A stretch of DNA of 49,347 bases from a virus. Below are positions 31,558-41,251 of this stretch, in pieces; position 1 is the stretch's first letter; each line of letters opens with the position of its first letter. The DNA is taken from positions 1 through 49,347 of the IMG/VR virus record IMGVR_UViG_3300024518_000002. One strand, written 5' to 3'. The position numbers and the translations under genes were made by a program. Below the pieces are notes generated by a model that was not told the DNA's origin, ran no database searches, and saw only the letters and a list, made by a program, of their open reading frames with translations.

Positions 31558-31897
31558 TGACGCGATTGAATTGGGTCGCTTGCTGGATGCCTTGAAGAAA
31601 AGGTTGCCTAACCTTGCAAACCGCATACGCATTTGGAAAAATAAACTTTTTGGCGTGCGCACTCGGGGGCAGGTTCAAATAAGGACAGAGGTGTTTCTTA
31701 TGTGGGAGTTGGGTCTTACCGAAAAGCATTGCGTTGATTGTCTTAGATTGAACGGACAAATACATAGTGCTTCGGCATGGCGCGGCGCAGGCATTCAACC
31801 GCAATCACCCGATCTTGAATGTGGGGGCTGGCACTGTGATTGTGAGTTGATTCAAATGCCAAGCGATTATGACGGTGGGGAATCGGGAGAATTTTAA
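31544..31897 (+). CDS. Head morphogenesis (Mu F / SPP1 gp7-like) domain protein
   Basis: CVDCLRLNGQ...GGWHCDCEL motif typical of this family. Follows the portal. Confidence 0.5.
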   Translation: MTMNNDAIELGRLLDALKKRLPNLANRIRIWKNKLFGVRTRGQVQIRTEVFLMWELGLTEKHCVDCLRLNGQIHSASAWRGAGIQPQSPDLECGGWHCDCELIQMPSDYDGGESGEF

Positions 31898-31900
31898 TTT

Positions 31901-32092
31901 ATGTATACCAAACCTACCATAACAAAAGAGAAACGGCCGTTGTCTCCCGCCGAAATCAATCTAATAAGGCGCGCCCGCAGTCTCGCCCGCACGGGCGATA
32001 GTATACATAATTTACAGTTTGTTGTGACGAATAGGGTTTGGAGCTTGTCTGTCGATGGTGGCAAGCTGGAGAGGTTGGGCAATAATGAATGA
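31901..32092 (+). CDS. Hypothetical protein
   Basis: 63-aa ORF. Confidence 0.45.
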   Translation: MYTKPTITKEKRPLSPAEINLIRRARSLARTGDSIHNLQFVVTNRVWSLSVDGGKLERLGNNE

Positions 32093-32369
32093 CGTAGCAC
32101 ATGACCTTAAAAGTTTTGTTGTAGATACTAATGCTATTGAAAATCTTCGTGAGGTAATGATTACCACATTTCCTACTATAAAAATGTACGGGGTTACCGT
32201 ATCGCAGATGGATATAGATGAGAAGATGACGGAATATGGGCGGTCATTTAATCACGGCCGTCCACGGAAGGTATCTCTTAAACGGCCGTCTCCTCAACTG
32301 AGTCGTAGAAAATTAGAGACTTTCAGGGCATTGGCAATATTGGAAAGCACTATGAGGCAAAATGAATAG
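32085..32369 (+). CDS. Hypothetical protein
   Basis: ATG 32085 overlaps the upstream stop. 94 aa. Confidence 0.5.
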   Translation: MNDVAHDLKSFVVDTNAIENLREVMITTFPTIKMYGVTVSQMDIDEKMTEYGRSFNHGRPRKVSLKRPSPQLSRRKLETFRALAILESTMRQNE

Positions 32370-32676
32370 GTGTAAATCGTGCAAACACTGGACAGAATCG
32401 GAAGATCATTTCCTCTCGCACTTGATGAAACCCTATGATTGGGAGGCTGAGGAACCTATGAAATTTGACTTTGAGGTGCGCTACTGTGATTCACCCTCGC
32501 TTTTGTTTTCTCAGCGACCGCTATATGCAAATGAGGCAGCCGTTGCAGACGCAAGCGACTATATGGCATCTATGCTGACAGCAGAAGGGTTTGGGTGCGT
32601 GAACTGGGAGGAATCGGGAAACAATGAACGACAGAAAAGCCAGAAAGAAGAAAAAAGAACGAAACAAACATTTTAG
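32362..32676 (+). CDS. Hypothetical Cys-containing protein
   Basis: 104-aa ORF. Confidence 0.55.
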   Translation: MNRCKSCKHWTESEDHFLSHLMKPYDWEAEEPMKFDFEVRYCDSPSLLFSQRPLYANEAAVADASDYMASMLTAEGFGCVNWEESGNNERQKSQKEEKRTKQTF

Positions 32677-32941
32677 ACGCTTGCAGCAATCTAACGAGAT
32701 ACTGCAAAGGGCGGGTATGTCCGATGAGGACATTGTAACCGGACGATTGCAGAATCAAATGCAACAGACGATGAATGACACGCTGTTGATAGGTAGGCTT
32801 ATGACCGCCTGTGGTGAGGTGTTGCGTGATGATTTTGGATTTAGTCAGGGGCAATTACGAGAGTTTGCAACGGCCGTTTCTGTGAAGGGACGAGAAATGG
32901 CAAAGGATCGGAATGATGGCGCAGCAACTAACGGCGGATGA
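32624..32941 (+). CDS. Hypothetical protein (start uncertain)
   Basis: 105-aa ORF with an alternative ATG at 32717. Confidence 0.45.
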   Translation: MNDRKARKKKKERNKHFRRLQQSNEILQRAGMSDEDIVTGRLQNQMQQTMNDTLLIGRLMTACGEVLRDDFGFSQGQLREFATAVSVKGREMAKDRNDGAATNGG

Positions 32942-33131
32942 GTTTCTTTTGATTGCTATCAAAAAAGAGTTTGTTACCAAGAAGGTAGCCAGGGTTAAAG
33001 TCAGATTGCAGCTTGGCGATCTTACCATCGAAGAGTCGGGTGTTGAACTGGCGTTTTTTCTTAGAGAGATGGGTAGCATTACTACCCTCGAGGAGATGGG
33101 CAAGTGGAAAGATCGGCAGCATTGGTTATAG
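32913..33131 (+). CDS. Hypothetical protein
   Basis: 72-aa ORF. Confidence 0.5.
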   Translation: MMAQQLTADEFLLIAIKKEFVTKKVARVKVRLQLGDLTIEESGVELAFFLREMGSITTLEEMGKWKDRQHWL

Positions 33132-33135
33132 ATGC

Positions 33136-33165
33136 TTGACACTATCCCCCTCCCTACTGTAAAAT
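33136..33165 (+). promoter_or_regulatory. Promoter TTGACA-18-TAAAAT
   Basis: Perfect -35 at 33136-33141 and TAAAAT at 33160-33165. Confidence 0.5.
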
Positions 33166-33171
33166 AAGAAC

Positions 33172-33259
33172 AAGCGAATATTAACGGCCGTCCACCATAG
33201 CGGCAAGACTGGCGACACAATGACACAGCCCGTATCTAATTTAGATACGGGCTGTTTTT
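33172..33259 (+). ncRNA. Candidate ~90-nt small RNA bounded by promoter and terminator
   Basis: No plausible ORF between the promoter at 33136-33165 and the strong terminator. Confidence 0.4.
33226..33259 (+). terminator. Rho-independent terminator
   Basis: Perfect 13-bp stem CAGCCCGTATCTA/TAGATACGGGCTG with a 3-nt loop and T5 tail. Confidence 0.85.
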
Positions 33260-33271
33260 GTTTGGAGTGCT

Positions 33272-34591
33272 ATGACTACTAATTTATTTATGATTGATTT
33301 GGCAGGGGTTGACTTGACAGAAGGTCAACCGTTTGACGGTATGGCGTTTGGCGAATTCATTGACATGATGGGTAGAGAGGTAGAGCTATCCATCGACGAT
33401 GCAGATACATTTGTCACCAATACACAAGCCGCTATTGATGCCACAAAAACAGAGGGCGGCGAGTTGGTTGGGTTGCCTATTGATGCCGGAAACCATGACA
33501 AGGGGGATGCGGCTGGTTGGATTGTAGCCGTTGAACTAGTAGATAAAATCATCCGCTTTACTCCCAAATGGACAAAGATCGGCATTGAATTGATAGGTGA
33601 GGGATTACGACGTTTCTTCTCCCCCACCGTCAATAATCGGGATAAGGTCGTTCTGGGTGGGGCGTTAGTAAATTGGCCTGCCACAACCGACGCAACGGGC
33701 AAGGTGCTACTTCGCCCGATTGAACTATCACAAGAGTTGCAATCATTCCAGCATTTTGATGACGGCGCACCCCCTACAAAAGAGATGACGGGGGGGGAGC
33801 ATGACTTTGAAATGGTCGTTGGTAACGGCGTGACTTATGCTCAGGTTGGCACACAAGAGCCGCTTCCATTTTCTGTTACAACTACATCGGACAGCACCAC
33901 TGGCTATATAAACGTAAGTGCTTTTGACAATGTGAATAGCGGGGGCAATGAGCCACCCGATAATGATGTCGGTGACATCGAAGAGGAAGATATTATGACA
34001 ATTGAATTAACACAAGAGGCTCTTGACGAACTTGTGGACACGCGAGTACGTGAAGCCCTCGAAAATCATGAGCCGGATGGCGATACGGTTGATTTGAATC
34101 AATTGGCGGAGTTGATGGGTATCAACATTGACAGTGCGGCCGATGGACAAATTAATCATTACAAGGAGCTGGCAGAGCTGGCACAGCAGCAGGCTGAAAT
34201 GAAATTCAAAAATCAGCTTGCAGAGTTGCAGCGGTCTAATCGTTACGCCGAACTGGCGCAGCGAGTGACGGGCGGGTCGCCAGACGTACCGCGCGGCGTT
34301 CCTGTTGATCCCGATACGCTTAAATCTGAATTGATGAAATTGAATCCAGAGCAAGCGGAATTTTGGGGCGGGTTGCTTAGTACCATCACCAAAGCTGGTT
34401 TGACGGAGTTTACAGAGTTGGGGCATGGCAAGCAGGTCAAACAATTGTATCCCGTGCCTGAACATGCCGAACGGATTTTGGAAACGGCCGTCAAGGGCAA
34501 TCCAAACCTTGATTTTGAGGCATGGTTTGAAGCTGCTGGGTTAGATAGCCCGTCCAACTACGATCTTAGTAAATATAGGGAGGTGAAATAA
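33272..34591 (+). CDS. Mu gpI-like prohead protease / scaffold
   Basis: HDKGDAAGWIVAVEL...FTPKWTKIGIELIGEGLRRFFSP resembles the Mu I-protein family. The C-terminal half is coiled-coil rich. Confidence 0.6.
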   Translation: MTTNLFMIDLAGVDLTEGQPFDGMAFGEFIDMMGREVELSIDDADTFVTNTQAAIDATKTEGGELVGLPIDAGNHDKGDAAGWIVAVELVDKIIRFTPKWTKIGIELIGEGLRRFFSPTVNNRDKVVLGGALVNWPATTDATGKVLLRPIELSQELQSFQHFDDGAPPTKEMTGGEHDFEMVVGNGVTYAQVGTQEPLPFSVTTTSDSTTGYINVSAFDNVNSGGNEPPDNDVGDIEEEDIMTIELTQEALDELVDTRVREALENHEPDGDTVDLNQLAELMGINIDSAADGQINHYKELAELAQQQAEMKFKNQLAELQRSNRYAELAQRVTGGSPDVPRGVPVDPDTLKSELMKLNPEQAEFWGGLLSTITKAGLTEFTELGHGKQVKQLYPVPEHAERILETAVKGNPNLDFEAWFEAAGLDSPSNYDLSKYREVK

Positions 34592-35046
34592 TGGCTGATT
34601 TAACAGCAGATGCATATGTCAAAATTCAGGGTGAGGCTACATCCGAAATGTGGGTGTTGGATAATTCAGTCGCTCAGACAATCTACAAGGGTCAGCCGAT
34701 GATTCTGGACATATCGGCAGATACGGTTTATGTGCGTGGCTTTGTAGATGCGACCGTCGTCGCCTCCGATGATATTTTCATCGGTATCGCGGCCGAAGGG
34801 GCAACCGTCGCCACCGCTGATACTGAAACGGATAATGAAATTGAAATTTTTATCGAGCCTACAATCGTAGGGATTCCGGGTAGCACTTTCACCGACGCCG
34901 ATGTCGGTGACACGATGTACATGAGTGACAGTGCTACATTATCGGCTACAGCAGCCGATAATCCAGAATTAGGGACATTAAAACGGGTGCGAGACGGTTT
35001 TCAGTATGTGCGTCTTGTTAGTCCGAAAGTGACAACGGGAGCATAA
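34591..35046 (+). CDS. Head decoration / DUF2190-like protein (tentative)
   Basis: 151 aa, located between the scaffold and the capsid gene. Confidence 0.5.
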   Translation: MADLTADAYVKIQGEATSEMWVLDNSVAQTIYKGQPMILDISADTVYVRGFVDATVVASDDIFIGIAAEGATVATADTETDNEIEIFIEPTIVGIPGSTFTDADVGDTMYMSDSATLSATAADNPELGTLKRVRDGFQYVRLVSPKVTTGA

Positions 35047-35048
35047 TT

Positions 35049-35942
35049 ATGGCTATTTCTGGAAACTTACCGAAACACCTTGAAGTCGCCGCACGCACGG
35101 GCGTACTGGGGGCAGTTGCACAAGATGATATGCCATATCGGCGTGTCGCTCTGGAGGTTGACCTAACAGCCGCTTCGACTACGTTTGTTGATTTGGGCGG
35201 GATGCCAATCCCAACCGAAGATCCAGCGGCGGTTGATACGATGATTGAGAAGGGGAAAACGGTTGCGCCTGAGGATTGGCATTTGACCGTTTCTATTTCT
35301 CAAAATGCGATTGACGATGATCAAACAGGAATGCTAGAAAGTCGTTTTCGTAATGTCTTACCAGCGTTTCAGCGACATATCAATGATCGGACATTTGTTG
35401 TATTAAATGCTGGCGATACGTCAACATACGGCACGGGCATCACCAATGAGACAGAATTTTTTGCCGATGCTCATTTGTATGTGGGTGCCAAGAATACCAC
35501 CTCACAAGACAACCTGGCGGCGTTAACCTTATCTCTTGACAACTTCAATACGGCATGGGTCGCCTTCTCTCAATTCAAAGACGATCAAAGCAACTACTAC
35601 AATTTGAACGGCAGTTTACTGGTTTGCCACCCGACCAACAATGTCATAGCGGCCAACATCACAGGCAACAACCAGGCAATGGATACCGCCAATCGTGAAA
35701 TGAATCCATATACAGGAACGCAGTATTTTACCGTTCCTCAATTTGATACAACCGCATGGGTTTTGATTGATGAGGGTTATCCCGTGAAGCCAATTTTTGT
35801 AGCAATTCGCAAGCGGCCAGAATTACAGGATATGTGGTTTGATTCGCAGCAGCCAGACGGCGGCAAGCATTATTTCAAATATCACGGCCGTTATGTGGTT
35901 GACTACGGCGATCCTTTGCTCGCATATATGGGAAATTCATAG
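35049..35942 (+). CDS. Major capsid protein
   Basis: 297 aa in the position after protease/scaffold, a size typical of Mu gpT-like capsids. Confidence 0.7.
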   Translation: MAISGNLPKHLEVAARTGVLGAVAQDDMPYRRVALEVDLTAASTTFVDLGGMPIPTEDPAAVDTMIEKGKTVAPEDWHLTVSISQNAIDDDQTGMLESRFRNVLPAFQRHINDRTFVVLNAGDTSTYGTGITNETEFFADAHLYVGAKNTTSQDNLAALTLSLDNFNTAWVAFSQFKDDQSNYYNLNGSLLVCHPTNNVIAANITGNNQAMDTANREMNPYTGTQYFTVPQFDTTAWVLIDEGYPVKPIFVAIRKRPELQDMWFDSQQPDGGKHYFKYHGRYVVDYGDPLLAYMGNS

Positions 35943-35951
35943 GAGGCAATC

Positions 35952-36512
35952 ATGGCGGTAACAAACTTGGATTCTCTTACTCTGTCCGATACGCTTATCT
36001 ATGGTACGTTGAATGACGGCACGACCGCATTAACCGCATCGGTTGCTGAGCTTAACGCCGTTGCTGATGTTTCGGCAGGTGGTATTGTAGACGCGACGGC
36101 CGCAACATTAACGGTAACGGCCGCTCTTCATGCCAATAAAATCGTCACGCTAAACCGAGCGGCGGGCGTGACCGTAACATTGCCCGCTGCAACGGCCACC
36201 GGACACATTTATCGTTTTGTTATTGGCACTGCCGCAACGTCAAACGCAAACATCATTGAAACTTCTGCTACCTCTGAACACATGACCGGCTCATTACGAG
36301 CGGTTGACGATGACGTAGAGGGGGCAACGGGCTTCCAATGGAACGCCGAAACAAGCGACGATACCATCACAATGGATGGCACGGCAACGGGCGGCAAGGC
36401 TGGCGATACGATTACCATTATCGACTATGAAGCTACAAACTTCACAGTTGACGGACACCTAACGCAAAGCGGTGGCTCAGAGGTTACACCATTTAGCGCG
36501 GCGGTGAGCTAA
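35952..36512 (+). CDS. Structural protein, unknown role
   Basis: 186 aa, A/T/G-rich. Confidence 0.6.
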   Translation: MAVTNLDSLTLSDTLIYGTLNDGTTALTASVAELNAVADVSAGGIVDATAATLTVTAALHANKIVTLNRAAGVTVTLPAATATGHIYRFVIGTAATSNANIIETSATSEHMTGSLRAVDDDVEGATGFQWNAETSDDTITMDGTATGGKAGDTITIIDYEATNFTVDGHLTQSGGSEVTPFSAAVS

Positions 36513-36820
36513 TGAAGATGCGCGTAAGGCCGGACTGTAAACATTCAATAATCAATGCCTTTGCGGGTCGGGAGTTTGTAAAATACGAATGGCGTGACGT
36601 TCCTGTTGGAAATGAGGTAGAGGCAGGAAGTCACCCATTCTTGGAAATTCAATCGCCCGACGACGAAGTTGATTTCACTCTTCCCCCTGGCTCTATAGAT
36701 GACGCTTATCCTAAAGCCACGCCGTCAAAGCCCGCAGCTAAAAAAACGGCCGTTAAGAAGCCACCGGTTAGACGCAAGCGCAAACCAAAGAAGGCAGCAA
36801 AAGGGCGTGGTAATGGTTAA
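36512..36820 (+). CDS. Hypothetical protein with lysine-rich tail
   Basis: 102 aa with a PAAKKTAVKKPPVRRKRKPKKAAKG tail. Confidence 0.55.
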   Translation: MKMRVRPDCKHSIINAFAGREFVKYEWRDVPVGNEVEAGSHPFLEIQSPDDEVDFTLPPGSIDDAYPKATPSKPAAKKTAVKKPPVRRKRKPKKAAKGRGNG

Positions 36821-37187
36821 ATCACAGTATCTATCAGGCACGACAGACGCAGCAGGCGACGCCACGATCAACGCGACAGTTCCGGCTTACGGCCGTTTGG
36901 TGGCTGTTGAATGGATTGATGGTGACTTGGCCGATGGCGTTGACGCGGTGCTATCCGTTACGTCAACAGATAGCAGCGTTGATAATACGCTGTTGACTTT
37001 GACTGATGCCAATATCGACGCCTGGTATTACCCTCTCGCAGCCGCACATGATAACGCGGGCGCGGGCGTGACGTTTGACGGCGCAAATGAAATATATGTG
37101 CAGCAGGTTGTCAATGGAATGCTTAAGCTGGTTATCTCTAGTGGCGGTGATACCAAGACCGGCGGCGCGGTTGTCTACTATGAGTAA
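36813..37187 (+). CDS. Hypothetical structural protein
   Basis: ATG 36813 overlaps the upstream stop. 124 aa. Confidence 0.6.
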   Translation: MVKSQYLSGTTDAAGDATINATVPAYGRLVAVEWIDGDLADGVDAVLSVTSTDSSVDNTLLTLTDANIDAWYYPLAAAHDNAGAGVTFDGANEIYVQQVVNGMLKLVISSGGDTKTGGAVVYYE

Positions 37188-37190
37188 GCG

Positions 37191-37703
37191 ATGGCTCTAG
37201 CTACTAATTCATACGGTTCATTGGCTGAAGTTGCGGCATTGGTGCCACGATATGCAAACAAGGCGGGGATGTTTGATGCGACTACAAACCCACCAGCTAT
37301 TCGTGTTGAGCTAATGGTTGATCGCATTTCTGCATTGGTAAATGGATGCCTGGCATCTATCGGATTTCAAATACCGATTACGCAAACGGACGCCGCCCTG
37401 ATTATGGACAATATCGTCGTAGAACATGTGGCGATAATGGTTGAGGGTGTCAACGGCACGGGTCGATATGCTCCGCAATCCAAAGCGATAGCCAAGCGTT
37501 CCCCGATTGCCATCATTGATGAAGAGATAAAAACGTTTTTAGAGGGCATTGCACCAGGATTAGAGGATTTGGGCGCAAGTCGTGAAACGTCGGTCATGGG
37601 TCGCATGGGATTCCGTCAATTCGATAACGCTGGGGATGAGGTTACGCCAATGTTCCAGCGTAAGGCGTTTGGTAATAAGATTAAGGATTGGGATACGGCA
37701 TGA
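37191..37703 (+). CDS. Head-tail connector candidate
   Basis: 170 aa. Call is based on position. Confidence 0.55.
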   Translation: MALATNSYGSLAEVAALVPRYANKAGMFDATTNPPAIRVELMVDRISALVNGCLASIGFQIPITQTDAALIMDNIVVEHVAIMVEGVNGTGRYAPQSKAIAKRSPIAIIDEEIKTFLEGIAPGLEDLGASRETSVMGRMGFRQFDNAGDEVTPMFQRKAFGNKIKDWDTA

Positions 37704-38233
37704 TATATTGGGAATTTCTCAAGTCGCTAATGAGGCATAAATATTATGTATTTTTGGCTGGATTAAAAACGGGCGTTCCTATCTGGCGGCTAATTATCCA
37801 TGATTGGCAAAAGTTTACGTTGTCTGAATTCCCCCAGTATGCCCGTTATTTTTTTGGTGGCAAGCAGGAAAAGGACAAAGAATCTTTTATGTTGGCTTGG
37901 TTGCATCATGTTCATTACGGAAAGCATCACTGGGAACATTGGCTATTAAACCCTAACTATAATTTTTCAACGGGTATCAACGGGAAATTACCAATGCCAG
38001 AAACCTATGTGCGAGAAATGGTAGCGGACTGGATGGGCGCAAGTAAAACTTATACAGGTTCCTGGAATATGGCTGTATGGTTGTCTAACAATGGGTCACG
38101 CATGGAAGCGAATATGCACAAAGATACGATAGATTTGGTTCATAAGGTTTTAATCGAACTAGACTACTTTTTTACAGATAACGCACCTTGGATTTGCATG
38201 TATGGGCATATTGATAATGCGGAGATGGCATGA
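37700..38233 (+). CDS. His-rich HD-like protein inserted in the structural module
   Basis: IIHDWQKFTLSEF and WLHHVHYGKHHWEHW. ATGA overlap with the upstream gene. Confidence 0.55.
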   Translation: MIYWEFLKSLMRHKYYVFLAGLKTGVPIWRLIIHDWQKFTLSEFPQYARYFFGGKQEKDKESFMLAWLHHVHYGKHHWEHWLLNPNYNFSTGINGKLPMPETYVREMVADWMGASKTYTGSWNMAVWLSNNGSRMEANMHKDTIDLVHKVLIELDYFFTDNAPWICMYGHIDNAEMA

Positions 38234-38763
38234 CGCGCTTTACCGTCGAATCGAGGCCGACCTTTAGGGATTTAGGCGGGCGGTTTGCAAGGGCAAATGA
38301 TGACTTGCTTGATATTCGACGCGAAGAGCTACGAACAGAGGGGCGGTTTCTTGTCAACCTTACCAAGAAGAAACTAAAAGACAAAACCGCTCCATACAGT
38401 AGCTCTAAATTAGAAAATGCTATTCGCTTCAATACGCGCAGCGACGGTCAAACGGTACGCTTGTCGGTGACAACGCCATCACAGGCGGGGCCACATAAAA
38501 TCGCGCCACTAAACGCGCAGGCATTGGCATTTAACTGGCCGCGTGTCGGCATGATGACTTTTGTCCCACGCGGCGGCGGCTTCAAAACGCACGTCAGGGC
38601 GGGGCAACTGTGGGTAGGTAAAGGTTATGTAGATCATCCTGGCGGGTCGCTTGTACCCCTATTTACGCCATTGCTAGAAGATGCGAATAGTGAGTGGAGT
38701 AACACGCGCGGGCGCGCGGTATTGAATCGGATTAGCTTGCGTTACGTGAAGTCAATTACATAA
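38230..38763 (+). CDS. Head-tail joining / tail completion candidate
   Basis: 177 aa. Call is based on position. Confidence 0.55.
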   Translation: MTRFTVESRPTFRDLGGRFARANDDLLDIRREELRTEGRFLVNLTKKKLKDKTAPYSSSKLENAIRFNTRSDGQTVRLSVTTPSQAGPHKIAPLNAQALAFNWPRVGMMTFVPRGGGFKTHVRAGQLWVGKGYVDHPGGSLVPLFTPLLEDANSEWSNTRGRAVLNRISLRYVKSIT

Positions 38764-39218
38764 TGGCTACTGAAAAACAGGTAGAAGAGGGTATGCGGGA
38801 TAGTTTCTTAGAAATATCAGAATATTTTGACGGCGATTCCGTGCTGATTAATGAGGCTATATTTCTTGATAAATCAATTCAGTATATGCCCGCCGTCAAC
38901 ATTTTAACAAGCGATGAATTTACAATCATTCAGGATGCACCAACGGCAGAATTATCATATCCAAAGCCTGTATTACTATACGTCGCTTTTGTAGATTGGA
39001 AAGTTTCCCGTGACCAATTCAGGGATGTCAGGCAGGCGGTGTTTGATAAATATAACGAGGTAGGGACGGCACGAAGCGCGGGCGGTCTGGATGGCGTGAC
39101 GATTGATAACATCCGCAACGTATCAAATATTATCGGCATGGGATACGCAGGTGAACCTGCCCCCGTGCAGCCCGTCTATCTGGTGCAGGAACTTGTTTTC
39201 GAGGTGAATTTGTTCTAA
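38763..39218 (+). CDS. Tail completion candidate
   Basis: 151 aa. Call is based on position. Confidence 0.55.
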   Translation: MATEKQVEEGMRDSFLEISEYFDGDSVLINEAIFLDKSIQYMPAVNILTSDEFTIIQDAPTAELSYPKPVLLYVAFVDWKVSRDQFRDVRQAVFDKYNEVGTARSAGGLDGVTIDNIRNVSNIIGMGYAGEPAPVQPVYLVQELVFEVNLF

Positions 39219-39394
39219 TGGCAAAAAAGAAATCATTATCATTTATCACCTATGAGGTATTGATACCTATCAAAAACGACAAAACGGCCGTTTCCTTTGA
39301 CGTTGGCGAGACGGTAACGGTAAAGGATTTTAGTGCAAAGGTGATTAAAAACTGGCTGGATATAACGCCACCGGTTTTAAGGATTAAAAAATAA
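39218..39394 (+). CDS. Small hypothetical protein, 58 aa
   Basis: Hand translation gives MAKKKSLSFITYEVLIPIKNDKTAVSFDVGETVTVKDF... TAATG overlaps at both ends. Confidence 0.5.
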   Translation: MAKKKSLSFITYEVLIPIKNDKTAVSFDVGETVTVKDFSAKVIKNWLDITPPVLRIKK

Positions 39395-39675
39395 TGGCGA
39401 GTCAAGCTGTTAATAAAATTCGAATTACGCCAATAATAGATGAAAATGTGCGCATGGGTATGTACAACGTATTTTTGAATGACATTGATATATCATCATG
39501 TGTGCGTGGTGTAACGTTTGATCATGAGGTGGGAATGGCTCCAATGATAACGCTAAAATTGATACCTGCATTTTTTGAAATCTCAGAAAACATGGGAATG
39601 CACGTAAGGGGTCATATTGATGGAAGTGATTTTATTTCTAGTGCAATTGAGGAAATAAAAGAGGCTGTAAAATAA
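39394..39675 (+). CDS. Hypothetical protein
   Basis: 93-aa ORF. Confidence 0.55.
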   Translation: MASQAVNKIRITPIIDENVRMGMYNVFLNDIDISSCVRGVTFDHEVGMAPMITLKLIPAFFEISENMGMHVRGHIDGSDFISSAIEEIKEAVK

Positions 39676-40424
39676 TGGCGGCTACCGCATCTGGAAAAGA
39701 CAAGATATTACGCTGGACGCGGATATATGTCGGTGGCTACGACCTCTCCGGTGATTCTCGCACGTTTTCAAGTGCTGACATCATTTATGGCGAGGCAGAC
39801 GTGACGGGATGGTCGGAGGCGGTGACGAATTTTCTAAGAGACGGCCGTCTCGCAACGGGCATCCGTGGCTATCAAGCATTGTTAAACGATGCGACAGGAC
39901 GCGCCTATACCATCCTTCAGGCGGGCAATGCTCAAAACGTCTCATTGCTATTTGGCGGCGGTGGGGAGCCAGCCATCCCCGATCCAGCGTACCTAATTCC
40001 ATCTGTACAAATGATGGATAACGCAACTATAGACGGCAATGTGGCAATGATTAACGCCGATTTTATCCCACAGGCGGGGGCGGTTGATACGGCCGTCGCC
40101 AATCCTTTTGGGGTTCTGCTTTCACCTGCAACGTCAATCAGCAGCACAACGACGGGAGCAAGTCATGACAATGAGGGTGCAACGACAGGCGGCTGGCATT
40201 CAATTATTCATATTACGGCCACCTCATCGGGTAATTTTGCATTTACGATTGAACACTCAACAGACGACAGCGCATGGGCAACACTAGGAACATTTACAAC
40301 GACAGGCGGCAGCGTGACAAGCGAATATCTGTCAGGTAGTGGAACCGTTAATCAATATACTAGATTTTTAGCAACACGAACGGCAGGAACGGTTACGCCT
40401 GTTGTTTCATTTGCAAGGGGTTAA
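39675..40424 (+). CDS. Major tail (tube) protein candidate
   Basis: 249 aa. Shares DLSGD...TGWSEAVTNFLR with the next gene. Confidence 0.55.
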   Translation: MAATASGKDKILRWTRIYVGGYDLSGDSRTFSSADIIYGEADVTGWSEAVTNFLRDGRLATGIRGYQALLNDATGRAYTILQAGNAQNVSLLFGGGGEPAIPDPAYLIPSVQMMDNATIDGNVAMINADFIPQAGAVDTAVANPFGVLLSPATSISSTTTGASHDNEGATTGGWHSIIHITATSSGNFAFTIEHSTDDSAWATLGTFTTTGGSVTSEYLSGSGTVNQYTRFLATRTAGTVTPVVSFARG

Positions 40425-40427
40425 AAG

Positions 40428-40892
40428 ATGGCAACCGGAAAAAACAAAGTTGAACGAGGTTTTAGACTTCTTTTTGATGACAGCGGCGGTACAGCGCGCG
40501 ACTTAAGCGGGGATTTAGTCCCTGGCAGCGTATCGGGCGGCGGATTGACATTTGATGAGGCAAACATGACGGGCGTGAGTGAGGCGGTAAATAATTTCTT
40601 GCGCGGTCATGCGACCAGCGAGATAGCCGCAAACTTCCACATGAATGACACGGCCACGACGGGGGCGACTACCGTCCTGAATGGTCAATCACTGCCATCT
40701 GTGGCAGGAACTGGAACGCTTACGCTTCAGTGGGGGGCGTCTAGCGCAGCCCCCACAAATCCAGATCCTGAGTGGGAGGGTGAATATATTTTATTGTCTA
40801 GTAATATCGCCCTTGAGGGTAATAAACATGTGCATCAGGTCGTGTTCAAACCTACCGGTAGCACGGCTCCCGCATTTGGAACCGTCGCATAA
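40428..40892 (+). CDS. Tail tube paralog
   Basis: 154 aa. DLSGD...TGVSEAVNNFLR is paralogous to 39675..40424. Confidence 0.55.
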   Translation: MATGKNKVERGFRLLFDDSGGTARDLSGDLVPGSVSGGGLTFDEANMTGVSEAVNNFLRGHATSEIAANFHMNDTATTGATTVLNGQSLPSVAGTGTLTLQWGASSAAPTNPDPEWEGEYILLSSNIALEGNKHVHQVVFKPTGSTAPAFGTVA

Positions 40893-41251
40893 TGATCATT
40901 CCCTGCCCCGTCGATGGTTTCACCGAACAAACGGCCGATAACAAACCCGTCTATTTTTTAGACGTGCCGGACGAATGGCTAGGTAAGCATCTATCTGTTC
41001 GTGACACGGCCGTAACTGGGTTGGCAAACGGTGAAGCGGCAGGGATGCCCATCGAGTTCAAAACATTTGCCATTTCATTAGCCCTTGCCGACAACTGGAA
41101 CCTGCCAGGCGTAACGGGCAAAATGGAAAGCGTTGATTTTAATATGCTCAATTTGTCCATAATGGCGTGGGTGAATTATACGGTGTGGGGGAGCTTTAAT
41201 AGGTGTTTTAATGTCCCAAAAAACTCATCACCTCCGTTACCGAATGGGTAG
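40892..41251 (+). CDS. Tail assembly chaperone (G-like)
   Basis: Immediately upstream of the tape measure. Contains a slippery heptamer near its 3' end. Confidence 0.6.
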   Translation: MIIPCPVDGFTEQTADNKPVYFLDVPDEWLGKHLSVRDTAVTGLANGEAAGMPIEFKTFAISLALADNWNLPGVTGKMESVDFNMLNLSIMAWVNYTVWGSFNRCFNVPKNSSPPLPNG

